64,000 nt of DNA from Candidatus Delongbacteria bacterium (GTDB lineage Bacteria; CAIWAD01). The DNA lies in contig OY760505.1 in assembly GCA_963663545.1 (NCBI GenBank), positions 1,696,001-1,760,000 of the forward strand. The letters run 5' to 3'. Position numbers and translations under genes: made by a program. Under the pieces are notes generated by a model. The model had not been told where the DNA came from. It ran no database searches and was given only the letters and a program-made list of their open reading frames with translations. Of this stretch, positions 18,207-26,894 are shown piece after piece. The stretch's first letter is position 1; every line of letters begins with the position of its first letter.

Positions 18207-18578
18207 GTGCCCATTCAATTCCGCTACAACGCCGACAGCAACGTTCTGCACGTACAAAGTGTTGGCCCCGTTTCACTGAAAGATCTTAGCTGGTATCGCG
18301 ACGAAGTGAGCAAGCTTCCGCTCAAGCCGGGTCTACGCTGCCTGTCAGACCTCACTGCCAGCAAGCTGATGTTCAGCAAGGAAGACCTGGTTCAGTCAAA
18401 CGAGCACTGCTGCTCCCCATTGGCAACTCTCGGCGGAAGTCGGATGGTTATGTGCGTTAGCGATGAAAACGATCGTCAAATCATCGAAGCTTACGTCAGC
18501 AGCAATTCAAATGAAGATTTCGATGCACGCGTCTGTTGCAGCATTAACGAAGCACGCGATATCCTGGGAATCGACTGA
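18207..18578 (+). CDS. SpoIIAA/STAS-like small protein (paralog 1)
   Basis: MPIQFRYN...GPVSLKDL...LRCLSDL...CCSINEARDIL. RBS GGAGG. Confidence 0.65.
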   Translation: MPIQFRYNADSNVLHVQSVGPVSLKDLSWYRDEVSKLPLKPGLRCLSDLTASKLMFSKEDLVQSNEHCCSPLATLGGSRMVMCVSDENDRQIIEAYVSSNSNEDFDARVCCSINEARDILGID

Positions 18579-18599
18579 ACACAGCAGTTGGAGACCATC

Positions 18600-18968
18600 A
18601 TGCCTATTGTTTTCCGCTACAACGAAAGCGAGAACACCCTCTTTGTCGTTGCAGATGGTAATCTCAGCCTGCCGGATTTCACGCACTATTTTGAGCAGAT
18701 TGGCAAGCTGAACTTACAACCCGGTGTCCGTTGCCTAAGTGATCTTGGGAACTCGCGCATCGATTTCAACATGCAGGACATGGTAGAAAGCGACACTCCG
18801 CCCGTCTCGCCCCTTTGCACGATCCCCGACGCCAAGGTCGCGCTGTGCATTGGCGCAGATTGCGACGGCGGCCTGATTCGCATCTATGCAGCCTTCAACA
18901 AGTGCAACAAACTGCAAGCCCAAGTCTTCAGCAGCGTTGCCGAAGGACGTCGCTGGCTCGAATTGTAG
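18600..18968 (+). CDS. SpoIIAA/STAS-like small protein (paralog 2)
   Basis: MPIVFRYN...GNLSLPDF...VRCLSDL...VFSSVAEGRRWL; clearly similar to the upstream ORF. Confidence 0.65.
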   Translation: MPIVFRYNESENTLFVVADGNLSLPDFTHYFEQIGKLNLQPGVRCLSDLGNSRIDFNMQDMVESDTPPVSPLCTIPDAKVALCIGADCDGGLIRIYAAFNKCNKLQAQVFSSVAEGRRWLEL

Positions 18969-19143
18969 ACACACTTTTCCTGCAGCACTTATTACGTTCA
19001 TAGCATGAAGAAACAACCAAGCCGTGGTGAAAGCATGACACGACCCAACACCTGAGTCCCCCGGGCACGCGGCGCGTGCTCGATCAGCAAACCCGCCTGA
19101 TTCGGGCCGCCATTGCCGGTCCAATCCGGCATATGGAGGCACC

Positions 19144-20421
19144 ATGTCCGATTACCATTCCATGTGGGCCGATCTCGGCCTTGACCTCGAAGCACACGAC
19201 GCTCTACTGGCCGTTCTGAGCAAAGCCTATCAGGACATCTTCCTGACGCAGAAGCAGCGTCCCAAAGGGATGGAGTACCTGGATTTTGTCATGAGCGAAG
19301 TCCACGGCCTGCGGATCAAGGAACTGGTCGACGCCAGAGCAGCCGGTCGAAAAGTGATTGGCTCCTACTGCGTCTTCGTTCCCGAAGAGTTGATTCTGGC
19401 TGTCGATGGCATTGCGGTGGGGTTGTGCGCTGGCGCGGAATTCGGCTTTGCGGAGGCCGAGAAGCTGCTGCCCCGAACTACTTGCGCGCTCATCAAATCG
19501 GCGCTGGGCTTCAAGCTCGGGCGCGTTTGCCCTTATGTCGAATCCGCCGACATGATTGTGGGTGAAAACACCTGCGACGGCAAGAAGAAAGCCTACGAGA
19601 TCCTGGGACCGCTGGTGAATAGACTGCACGTCATGGATCTGCCACAACGCAAAACGCCGCAGGGGCGCGAGCTGCTGAAGGAAGAGTATCGCCGCTTCCT
19701 CATCGCCCTGGAAGAACTAAGTGGCAAGTCCATCACCGTGGAAGCCCTCAAAGCGGGCATTGCCACCGTCAACGCCAAACGTCAGGCCCTGCATCGACTG
19801 GCAACGCTGCGCAGTGCAGATCCCGCACCAATCTCCGGCCTCGACGCACTGCTGGTCAACCAAGTCAGCTTCTACGACGATCCTGTGCGCTTTACAGCCT
19901 CAATCAACGCCCTCTGCGATGAGTTGGAAATCCGTGTATCACGCGGCGAAGGCGTATTCGCCAAGGGAATGCCACGTGTGCTATTGAGCGGCTGTCCGAT
20001 GGCCGTTCCCAATTGGAAGGTGCCAATGCTCATCGAACAGGCTGGTGCGGTTATCGTTGGTGAAGAGAGCTGTGTCGGCGAGCGTGGACTTCGTAACACG
20101 GTGGATGATTCCGGTGATACACTCGATGCACTGCTTGATGCTCTCGTCGACCGCTACCTGGATATCGACTGCGCCGTATTCACTCCCAATCCGGAGCGCC
20201 GCGATCACATTCTCAATATGTCCAGCGCGTATCACGCCGATGGCGTAATACACTACTGCCTGCAATTCTGTCAGCCCTATCAGATTGAGTCAACTTTAGT
20301 GGAACAGGATCTGAAGAATGCCGGCATCCCGCGGCTGCAACTTGATACTGATTACAGCAACGAGGATGCTGGTCAGCTGCAGACACGCATCGAGGCCTTT
20401 GTTGAGAGGATTCGCAAATGA
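19144..20421 (+). CDS. Double-cubane [8Fe-9S] cluster protein (DCCP; 2-hydroxyacyl-CoA dehydratase family)
   Basis: W..L..DLE.HD..L N-terminus, SYCVFVPEE, GLCAG, CALIKS, CPY, ENTCDGKKK, GEESCVG, DCAVF, LQFCQPY and DTDYS.ED.GQL.TRIEAF. Confidence 0.85.
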   Translation: MSDYHSMWADLGLDLEAHDALLAVLSKAYQDIFLTQKQRPKGMEYLDFVMSEVHGLRIKELVDARAAGRKVIGSYCVFVPEELILAVDGIAVGLCAGAEFGFAEAEKLLPRTTCALIKSALGFKLGRVCPYVESADMIVGENTCDGKKKAYEILGPLVNRLHVMDLPQRKTPQGRELLKEEYRRFLIALEELSGKSITVEALKAGIATVNAKRQALHRLATLRSADPAPISGLDALLVNQVSFYDDPVRFTASINALCDELEIRVSRGEGVFAKGMPRVLLSGCPMAVPNWKVPMLIEQAGAVIVGEESCVGERGLRNTVDDSGDTLDALLDALVDRYLDIDCAVFTPNPERRDHILNMSSAYHADGVIHYCLQFCQPYQIESTLVEQDLKNAGIPRLQLDTDYSNEDAGQLQTRIEAFVERIRK

Positions 20422-21233
20422 GTGGAAGTTGCTGGGCCGGTCTGGACATCGGGTCCCGTACGGTCAAGCTCGTCCTCGTCAATGATCGTGGAGAGCCGGA
20501 GCATCATGCCCTGGCTCTCAACTCCTATGATCCACTGACGGTATGCAAAGAGTTGCTCGCAGGATTCTCTCCACGAAGTATCACGGTCACTGGATATGGC
20601 CGCCACTTGTTTGCTCGTAATACCGAAGCTCAGGTGATTACCGAGATCAAGGCTCATGCCATTGGCGTGATACACCAGCTACCGGACTGCCGCACTATCC
20701 TTGATATTGGCGGGCAGGACACAAAGGCCATTCGGCTCGACGAGTCAGGAGCAGTCGATGAATTCGCCCTTAATGACCGATGCGCGGCAGGTACCGGACG
20801 CTTTCTGGAAGTAATGGCTATGGCGCTGGGCTACGGCCTTGAGGAGTTCGGTCGGGCAGCCGCTCAATCGCATACATCAATCAAAGTATCGGCCATGTGC
20901 GCCGTTTTTGCAGAATCCGAAGTGGTCTCCCTATTGGGACGAGGCGCTTCAGCTAGCGAGGTGGCGCGCGGACTGCATGAAGCAATCATACAACGCGCAA
21001 GCGCATTGCTCAGTCGCGTGGGTCCAACAGCGGACCTGGCCTTTGTGGGTGGTGTATCACAAAACACCTGCCTAAGGCAGTTGCTGGCCGAGGCAACGAA
21101 CATGAAAGTCTTTGTTCCGCCGCTATCCCAAGTCAATGGAGCACTGGGGGCAGCACTTGAAGGTCGTGCCCGCTTTCTGCAAGAAAGCGACGCTTTCTGC
21201 AAGAAAGCGCCGCAACTTGAGTTTTCCGGTTAA
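20418..21233 (+). CDS. ATP-dependent [4Fe-4S] activase/reductase (HgdC/BadG, DCCP-R type)
   Basis: GLDIGSRTVK, TGYGR, ILDIGGQDTK, NDRCAAGTGRFLE and CAVFAESEV. Confidence 0.92.
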   Translation: MSGSCWAGLDIGSRTVKLVLVNDRGEPEHHALALNSYDPLTVCKELLAGFSPRSITVTGYGRHLFARNTEAQVITEIKAHAIGVIHQLPDCRTILDIGGQDTKAIRLDESGAVDEFALNDRCAAGTGRFLEVMAMALGYGLEEFGRAAAQSHTSIKVSAMCAVFAESEVVSLLGRGASASEVARGLHEAIIQRASALLSRVGPTADLAFVGGVSQNTCLRQLLAEATNMKVFVPPLSQVNGALGAALEGRARFLQESDAFCKKAPQLEFSG

Positions 21234-21284
21234 TCTTCCTCCTTGAGGCTTGCACCATCTACCGGCGCTTGCCACAATGCGGAC

Positions 21285-22934
21285 ATGAGTTCACCATGGT
21301 CCTACATCCGCCAGTCAAGTTCGCACGGACAATTGCCAGCATTGGTACTGCTCCTGTCTCTTGTCCTTGCCGGAGCAGGTGTGCTGGACACCATTCGCGT
21401 CTATCGTATCACAGATAGACTGGCAGCTCGAGAAGCTCTGGGGCTGGTGCACCAGGTGGAAAGCTCGGTGCTGACGGCAACACTGGCTGAACAGGCGGTT
21501 CGAACAGCACTGACAGATCATCTGTTTGCCGTTGCGCATCTCGTCAGCGAGGAGATTCCTACTCGCTCAAAGCAGCAGGACACGGACCAGCTCGCCTCTC
21601 TCTCTGGTGTATCACGCATCGAATTCGAGAGCATCACGGACAGAAGTCGAATTACCACTCAAGCCTATGAGCTGGGCGAGCGCGAACTGGGCTTGTACGA
21701 ACGGGATGGCGTGAAGTACTTCGGTGTTGAACTGGTCGACCACGATAGAATCATCCGAGTATCCATCTCAGGTGCGGAGTTAATCAATCTGCGTGACGCC
21801 ATTGGCATCCCTGCTCTCCTGCGTGATCTGGGGCAGCATTTCGCTGTACGCTATGCAGTGTTGGACAGCCCACAGGGATTGCTGGCGGCTACACCGGATC
21901 CGCCCCCATGGCTGGATGGAAAGGAAGACCCCGCGCACGCATCTGCCATTGACGCTGACGATTTCTCTGCTTCATTCATCCAAACACCCGATGGCCCCGT
22001 TTACGAAGCCTGCGCGCCTTTTGGCGATAGCGGTTCCGCCGTGCTACGGCTGGGTCTGGATACCGCCGATCTGCTGGAAATACGTCACGGTAGCACAGTT
22101 TGGCTACTCATACGTACCCTGCTCCTGATCACCCTTGGCGGTGTCAGCGCATGGCTGCTTGTATCACGCCGCAACATCCGGTACCTCCAAGAAGAGCGTG
22201 CCGCCATTGAGCGACAAGTAAAACAACTGCAGGCTGATCGCGCATTAAGCGAGCGTCTGGCCGCCATGGGAGCGCTAGCTGGCGGTGTAGCACACGAGAT
22301 CCGCAACCCTTTGAACACTGTGGCCATGGCTTGTCAGCGGCTCGTGCACGAATTCACTCCGAATGAGGACCTTGATGAGTATCGCGGACTGATTTCGGCA
22401 ACGCGCAGCGAAGTGGAGCGCATCGGTCGCATTATCCAGGATTTTCTGCAGTTTGCTCGTCCACCACGGCCACAGTTACGGCTGGAGAATCTAAGCCACA
22501 TCCTGCGTGAGATTGAGCAGGCCTTTCGTCCACTAGCAGAAGAGCGAGAGATTGGCCTCGAATGTGACACGGGCAAGGAGTTGCAGCTTGTACTCGATGC
22601 GGATCAGCTTCGTCAAGCCATTCACAATCTCCTGCGTAATGCGCTGGAAGCGACGCCACGCGGCGGCATGATTCGCCTCCTGACCAAAGAAGGCAGTGAT
22701 ACCATTTGCATAACCATTTGTGATACAGGCCACGGCATTCCACAAGCGATCCAGGATCGCATCTTTGATTTGTATTACACAACACGCTCGTCAGGCACGG
22801 GCATTGGCCTGGCTGTGGTTCATCGAGTGGCCGTGGAACACGGCGGACATATCACACTGGTTCGCAGCACTGAATCCGGAAGCGAGTTCCAGCTTACTCT
22901 TCATCGAGGACTACAAGCAACGGACAAGTCATGA
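21285..22934 (+). CDS. Membrane sensor histidine kinase (ZraS/NtrB-like)
   Basis: Two TM segments; GVAHEIRNPL (H box), NLLRNALEA, DTGHGI and GTGIGLA. Start is uncertain. Confidence 0.92.
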   Translation: MSSPWSYIRQSSSHGQLPALVLLLSLVLAGAGVLDTIRVYRITDRLAAREALGLVHQVESSVLTATLAEQAVRTALTDHLFAVAHLVSEEIPTRSKQQDTDQLASLSGVSRIEFESITDRSRITTQAYELGERELGLYERDGVKYFGVELVDHDRIIRVSISGAELINLRDAIGIPALLRDLGQHFAVRYAVLDSPQGLLAATPDPPPWLDGKEDPAHASAIDADDFSASFIQTPDGPVYEACAPFGDSGSAVLRLGLDTADLLEIRHGSTVWLLIRTLLLITLGGVSAWLLVSRRNIRYLQEERAAIERQVKQLQADRALSERLAAMGALAGGVAHEIRNPLNTVAMACQRLVHEFTPNEDLDEYRGLISATRSEVERIGRIIQDFLQFARPPRPQLRLENLSHILREIEQAFRPLAEEREIGLECDTGKELQLVLDADQLRQAIHNLLRNALEATPRGGMIRLLTKEGSDTICITICDTGHGIPQAIQDRIFDLYYTTRSSGTGIGLAVVHRVAVEHGGHITLVRSTESGSEFQLTLHRGLQATDKS

Positions 22935-24301
22935 GCAACTATCGCATCCTGATCGCCGACGACGAAGCACCCCAGCGAACAATGCTGGCTGGTTTTCTGC
23001 GTAAACGTGGCTACGATGTTCTTGAAGCTCCCGATGGCGAAGAGGCTCTGCGTATCACACGATCGGAGGCTGTGGACCTGGTGCTCTCTGACATGCGCAT
23101 GCCTGGATTGGATGGGCTGGAGCTCCTACGCGCCGTGCGCGAGAGCAACCCAAGCCTCGAAGTCATCGTAATGACCGCCTTCGGGTCCGTTGAGTCAGCA
23201 GTGGAAGCCATGCGCACAGGAGCTTTTACTTTTATCAGCAAGCCCGTCGATCTGGACGCGTTACTGCAGCATATGGAGCGCGCCCTGGAACGCCGTCTGC
23301 TGCACCAGGAGGTCGGCGAGCTGCGCGCCCGACTTGGCGATAGTCCGGACTCGAACCTGCTAGGCGTAAGTGAGCCAATGCGTGAAGTCTTTGGACTTAT
23401 TGCGCGGGTTGCCCCCTCACGGGCTTCCGTGCTGATTCAGGGCGAGTCCGGAACCGGAAAGGAACTTGTAGCACGCGCGATTCACCGCGTAAGTCCTCGA
23501 GCAAAACAGGCATTCATTCCCGTAAACGTGGCAGCCATTCCCGAATCGCTGCTGGAAAGTCAACTTTTCGGTCATCGCAAAGGAAGCTTCACGGGTGCCA
23601 TCAGTGACCACCGGGGCTTCTTTCAACGCGCAGACGGCGGCACCCTCTTCATTGACGAGCTGGGTGACATGCCCGCTGGAGCACAGGTCAAGCTCTTACG
23701 CGTGTTACAAGAGGGATGCATCGAATCCATTGGCGCCGAACAGGTAACACCGGTCGATGTTCGCGTCATTGCGGCCACTCATCGCAATCTGGAGAAATGT
23801 GTGCGCGAGGGAAGATTTCGCGAAGACCTCTACTACAGGTTAAATGTGATACGCATTGATATTCCTCCTTTGCGCAACCGACGCTCGGATATTCCGGCAC
23901 TGGTGGATCACTTTGTATCACGATTTTCAACTCAAAACGCTAAGTCCGTGTGTGGAGTAGATAGTCGAGCCCTTGATTTGTTGATGCGCCACGAATGGCC
24001 TGGTAATGTGCGGGAGCTGGAAAATGCCATTGAAAGCGCAATCGTCCTTTGTCGTGGAGATCTGATTGCGCCAGCGGATCTACCGACTCACATCAATCGC
24101 AACAGCTTGCGTGACACACGTCCTGAAGATGATGAGAGTCTGCCGCTGCCGGATCGCGCCGCACTTTTCGAACGCCGGGTGATCGAGCAAACCCTGGCAA
24201 GCTGTGGCGACAACCGCAGTGAGGCCGCACGACGGCTTGGCATGTCTGAAAAGAACATCCGCGATCGCCAACGCAAGTGGGACATGGACAACCAAAGCTG
24301 A
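22931..24301 (+). CDS. Sigma54-dependent response regulator (NtrC/ZraR/AtoC family)
   Basis: Receiver domain; [27 protein letters not shown] and [10 protein letters not shown]; Fis-type HTH. Confidence 0.95.
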   Translation: MSNYRILIADDEAPQRTMLAGFLRKRGYDVLEAPDGEEALRITRSEAVDLVLSDMRMPGLDGLELLRAVRESNPSLEVIVMTAFGSVESAVEAMRTGAFTFISKPVDLDALLQHMERALERRLLHQEVGELRARLGDSPDSNLLGVSEPMREVFGLIARVAPSRASVLIQGESGTGKELVARAIHRVSPRAKQAFIPVNVAAIPESLLESQLFGHRKGSFTGAISDHRGFFQRADGGTLFIDELGDMPAGAQVKLLRVLQEGCIESIGAEQVTPVDVRVIAATHRNLEKCVREGRFREDLYYRLNVIRIDIPPLRNRRSDIPALVDHFVSRFSTQNAKSVCGVDSRALDLLMRHEWPGNVRELENAIESAIVLCRGDLIAPADLPTHINRNSLRDTRPEDDESLPLPDRAALFERRVIEQTLASCGDNRSEAARRLGMSEKNIRDRQRKWDMDNQS

Positions 24302-24306
24302 GGAAG

Positions 24307-24321
24307 CGGCACGCTCTTTGC
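24307..24321 (+). promoter_or_regulatory. Sigma54 promoter
   Basis: CGGCAC-GCTCT-TTGC, near-perfect match to TGGCAC-N5-TTGC. Confidence 0.7.
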
Positions 24322-24345
24322 CCAGCAACGAGCACGGGAGATATC

Positions 24346-24873
24346 ATGAAGAATCCGATTGGCATCCTATCCGCAGCCTTACTACTGATTATCGCTGCGG
24401 CCGTGCTTAGCAACCTTCCGCAACGCGGTGGCCGTCCAATGCCTCCGCCGAATGGCATGCGGCATCCGGGAGAGCCTCCACACTTCATTGACCGCAACCA
24501 GGACGGCTTCAACGATCTGGCTCCCGACCATGATGGCGATGGAATCCCCGATCCGCTGGACCCCGACGCCCGTATTGATCCCGGCTTTGACCGTTGGGCG
24601 CGCTATCGGGCAATGCCGGACAGCGTGCGCAGCGACAGCCTGCTCTTTGTCGCCTGGATTCGTCATCATCACCCGCGCCTGGACCCGGTGCGCGCCTGGG
24701 AACATTGGCAACACTTACAGCATGAAACTCCGCCCTGTTTCTGGCAACCGATGGGGCCCGATTGCCCGGCTTCACGTGCCACGAAGCGGATGCGGGATCG
24801 CCGTGATATGATGCCCCCAGACGAAGCTCTCGAAGAGGGCCAGAATCGACGTCCACGTCGCCGTATGCCATAG
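24346..24873 (+). CDS. Membrane-anchored/periplasmic protein with Ca-binding-like DxDxDG motifs
   Basis: N-terminal hydrophobic helix; FIDRNQDGFND and DHDGDGIPDPLDPD. Confidence 0.65.
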   Translation: MKNPIGILSAALLLIIAAAVLSNLPQRGGRPMPPPNGMRHPGEPPHFIDRNQDGFNDLAPDHDGDGIPDPLDPDARIDPGFDRWARYRAMPDSVRSDSLLFVAWIRHHHPRLDPVRAWEHWQHLQHETPPCFWQPMGPDCPASRATKRMRDRRDMMPPDEALEEGQNRRPRRRMP

Positions 24874-25138
24874 TGCGTTACCAGGAAACCCTTCCCTACA
24901 ACCTCGGGATCGAATCATCACTCGGTTGAGGCCACCCTATCCCCTTCTTCCAGTCGCTCACTTCGTCCTATTCGTCGAAAGCCGTTGTGGATTTCGACCC
25001 TTTAGTCGAGATCCGCTTGTCACAAGCAGCGTGACACAAGTCTCCGACGCAGTGCCTTGGTGCAATTCCTGAAATCGGGCATTGATTTCGTGCTACTTAG
25101 CCGCCCCTTCCCGGTAATGGTTTGCAGAAGCAGGATTC

Positions 25139-25153
25139 TGGCATGGTTCCTGC
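25139..25153 (+). promoter_or_regulatory. Putative sigma54 promoter of the Spy/CpxP-like gene
   Basis: TGGCAT-GGTTC-CTGC (GG-N10-GC). Inverted repeats about 140-160 nt upstream could be enhancer sites. Confidence 0.55.
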
Positions 25154-25200
25154 CTAGTCCTGGATTGAAGACAGTTGAAACACAAAACAGGAGATATCCA

Positions 25201-25749
25201 ATGAAAAACAAGTCGATTCTCACCCTCGCCGCGATTATGATGATGGCTTCCGCAGTGTTTGCGGGTCCGGGTTGTGGTAATGGGCACATGGGCGGTCCTC
25301 AGCAGGGCGATGGTCCCCAGATGGGCGCCAGTCAGTGCACGGGCAACTGCCACGGCAAGAATGCTGATCCAATGGAAGAGCTCGGTCTGACCAGCGAGCA
25401 GAAGCAGCAGATCGAAGAGATTCAGGATGCAACCCGCTTGGCCATGATCGATCTGGAAGCCGCCGCAGAGAAGGCCCAGTTGGCCATGCACACGGCGATC
25501 AAGGATGGTGAGAGCCTGAACGTGATTAACAAGAAGATTGACGCTTTGACTCAGACCCGCGGTGAGATTTTGAAGAAGCGCGTCGCGACTCATGCCGCAG
25601 TGCGCGAAGTCCTCACTCCTGAGCAGCGCGAGAAATTTGACGACCTGGCACCGATGTGGTTGGAAGGTGGCAAGGGCCGGGGGATGTCCGAGAGCAACGG
25701 CGGTGGCGAGCACCATCGCAACGAGCGCGGACAAGGTCGCTGCCGCTGA
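25201..25749 (+). CDS. Spy/CpxP/ZraP-family periplasmic chaperone
   Basis: Signal peptide and two LTxEQ motifs (LGLTSEQKQQ, VLTPEQREKF). Confidence 0.88.
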   Translation: MKNKSILTLAAIMMMASAVFAGPGCGNGHMGGPQQGDGPQMGASQCTGNCHGKNADPMEELGLTSEQKQQIEEIQDATRLAMIDLEAAAEKAQLAMHTAIKDGESLNVINKKIDALTQTRGEILKKRVATHAAVREVLTPEQREKFDDLAPMWLEGGKGRGMSESNGGGEHHRNERGQGRCR

Positions 25750-25772
25750 CAGCCAGCTTCATCACTCTCTTC

Positions 25773-25801
25773 GAAAGGTCCGGCCCCTGGTCGGGCCTTT
25801 C
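25773..25801. terminator. Intrinsic terminator-like hairpin
   Basis: GAAAGGTCCGGCC...GGTCGGGCCTTTC between convergent genes. Confidence 0.65.
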
Positions 25802-26063
25802 ATTTTGTAGCAGCGCGCGGCAGAAAGCGGTAATAGAGCATCAGGTCAAAGCCCACCAGACACGCGTTCAACGCGTACAGCGACACTACCCAATCCATGT
25901 TGTAGAACACCTTGTGCAGAATGCCCATGGTGTAGCCTAGAATCAGAATCACCATAAAGAGCGGACTCTTGCCCTCGACCTTGCGCGTGCGCAGCGCCTT
26001 CAGAATGGAGATCGGCCAGCTCAGGCCGAAGCAGATCAGCATAGCGGCTTCAAAGGGAGACAT
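25800..26063 (-). CDS. Small PQ-loop-like membrane protein
   Basis: FEAAMLICFGLSWPISILKALRTRKVEGKSPLF...Y.LN; three TM helices. Confidence 0.7.
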   Translation of the reverse strand: MSPFEAAMLICFGLSWPISILKALRTRKVEGKSPLFMVILILGYTMGILHKVFYNMDWVVSLYALNACLVGFDLMLYYRFLPRAATK

Positions 26064-26082
26064 AGTTCCTCGCGTTTTGCGC

Positions 26083-26122
26083 AAAAACTAGCAGTCCGCC
26101 ACCACATTGGATGACGGACTGC
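26083..26122 (-). terminator. Intrinsic terminator of the RND operon
   Basis: Minus strand GCAGTCCGTCATC-CAATGT-GGTGGCGGACTGC-TAGTTTTT (13-bp stem with G-U pairs). Confidence 0.7.
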
Positions 26123-26143
26123 AAATAGAAACAAGCGGATTTT

Positions 26144-26323
26144 CTACTTAGTATCAGGAGGCCCTGGATTCTCCTGTTGTTCCTTCATTTGCTTCTCGAC
26201 AGAAGGAGGTACACCACAGGTGCCGCCGGCACCCGGGTTGGCTCAAGTGGGCACTCCGAGCTTTGGAAAAATCACCCACTGCAAAAGGATCCAGAGAGCC
26301 AGGATTCCCAGCAATTCCAGCAT
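26144..26323 (-). CDS. Putative small membrane selenoprotein, 59 aa (in-frame UGA at 26243-26245)
   Basis: RBS GGAAAGGAG. MLELLGILALWILLQWVIFPKLGVPT-(TGA)-ANPGAGGTCGVPPSVEKQMKEQQENPGPPDTK-TAG. Hairpin GGTGCC-GGC-GGCACC starts 9 nt after the UGA. Confidence 0.55.
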
Positions 26324-26391
26324 CGAACGCGCTCCTTTCCTGAGGCTTCCGGTTTCTTTTTCAGATTTGGCCTGCATCAGGCTGCTCCAAC

Positions 26392-26676
26392 TTAGAGTTC
26401 TACGGTAACATCCCAGTGCATCATTTTGATGCGTTCGGCGCACTCGCTGCAATAGCTGCGAACACGTGATACAACGCGCTCCAGGTCTTCCGGCTTCAGT
26501 AACGCCAACACTACCGCACTTGTATCCGGAGATGTAAGCGAACCAAGCCTCTCCCCGGAAGATCCCATGCCCCGCACGTGGGAGATTTCGGTCCAGCCCG
26601 TGACACCTTCATGCTTAAGCATTACCTCCAGCTCCTCCTTGTGAGAGCTGTCGATGATCGTCATCAGCATTTTCAT
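26392..26676 (-). CDS. P-II-like transporter-associated small protein
   Basis: MKMLMTII...GVTGWTEISHVRGMGSSGERLGS (GlnB-like fold pattern); CxxC (CSEC). Confidence 0.7.
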   Translation of the reverse strand: MKMLMTIIDSSHKEELEVMLKHEGVTGWTEISHVRGMGSSGERLGSLTSPDTSAVVLALLKPEDLERVVSRVRSYCSECAERIKMMHWDVTVEL

Positions 26677-26891
26677 TTTGTATCACCCCCGTGATGCGTG
26701 GGAAGCCCCAACTTCTTCAACAGACTAATGGCCGGACACCAACGAGTGAACGCCGACTGCAGCAGGTTGAGTCCTACAAAAGCAGTCAACCACAACCAGT
26801 TGGAAGACAGCTGCGCCAGTACAAGACTTAGCAGAATCATTGTGCCCGCCAAGGCCCGAAGGGCTTCATCGACCGTCATACGCATGGTCAT
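26673..26891 (-). CDS. DUF2892 (YgaP-like) inner-membrane protein
   Basis: LAGTMILLSLVL...WLWLTAFVGLNLLQSAFTRWCPA...LKKLG. Confidence 0.88.
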   Translation of the reverse strand: MTMRMTVDEALRALAGTMILLSLVLAQLSSNWLWLTAFVGLNLLQSAFTRWCPAISLLKKLGLPTHHGGDTK

Positions 26892-26894
26892 CTC

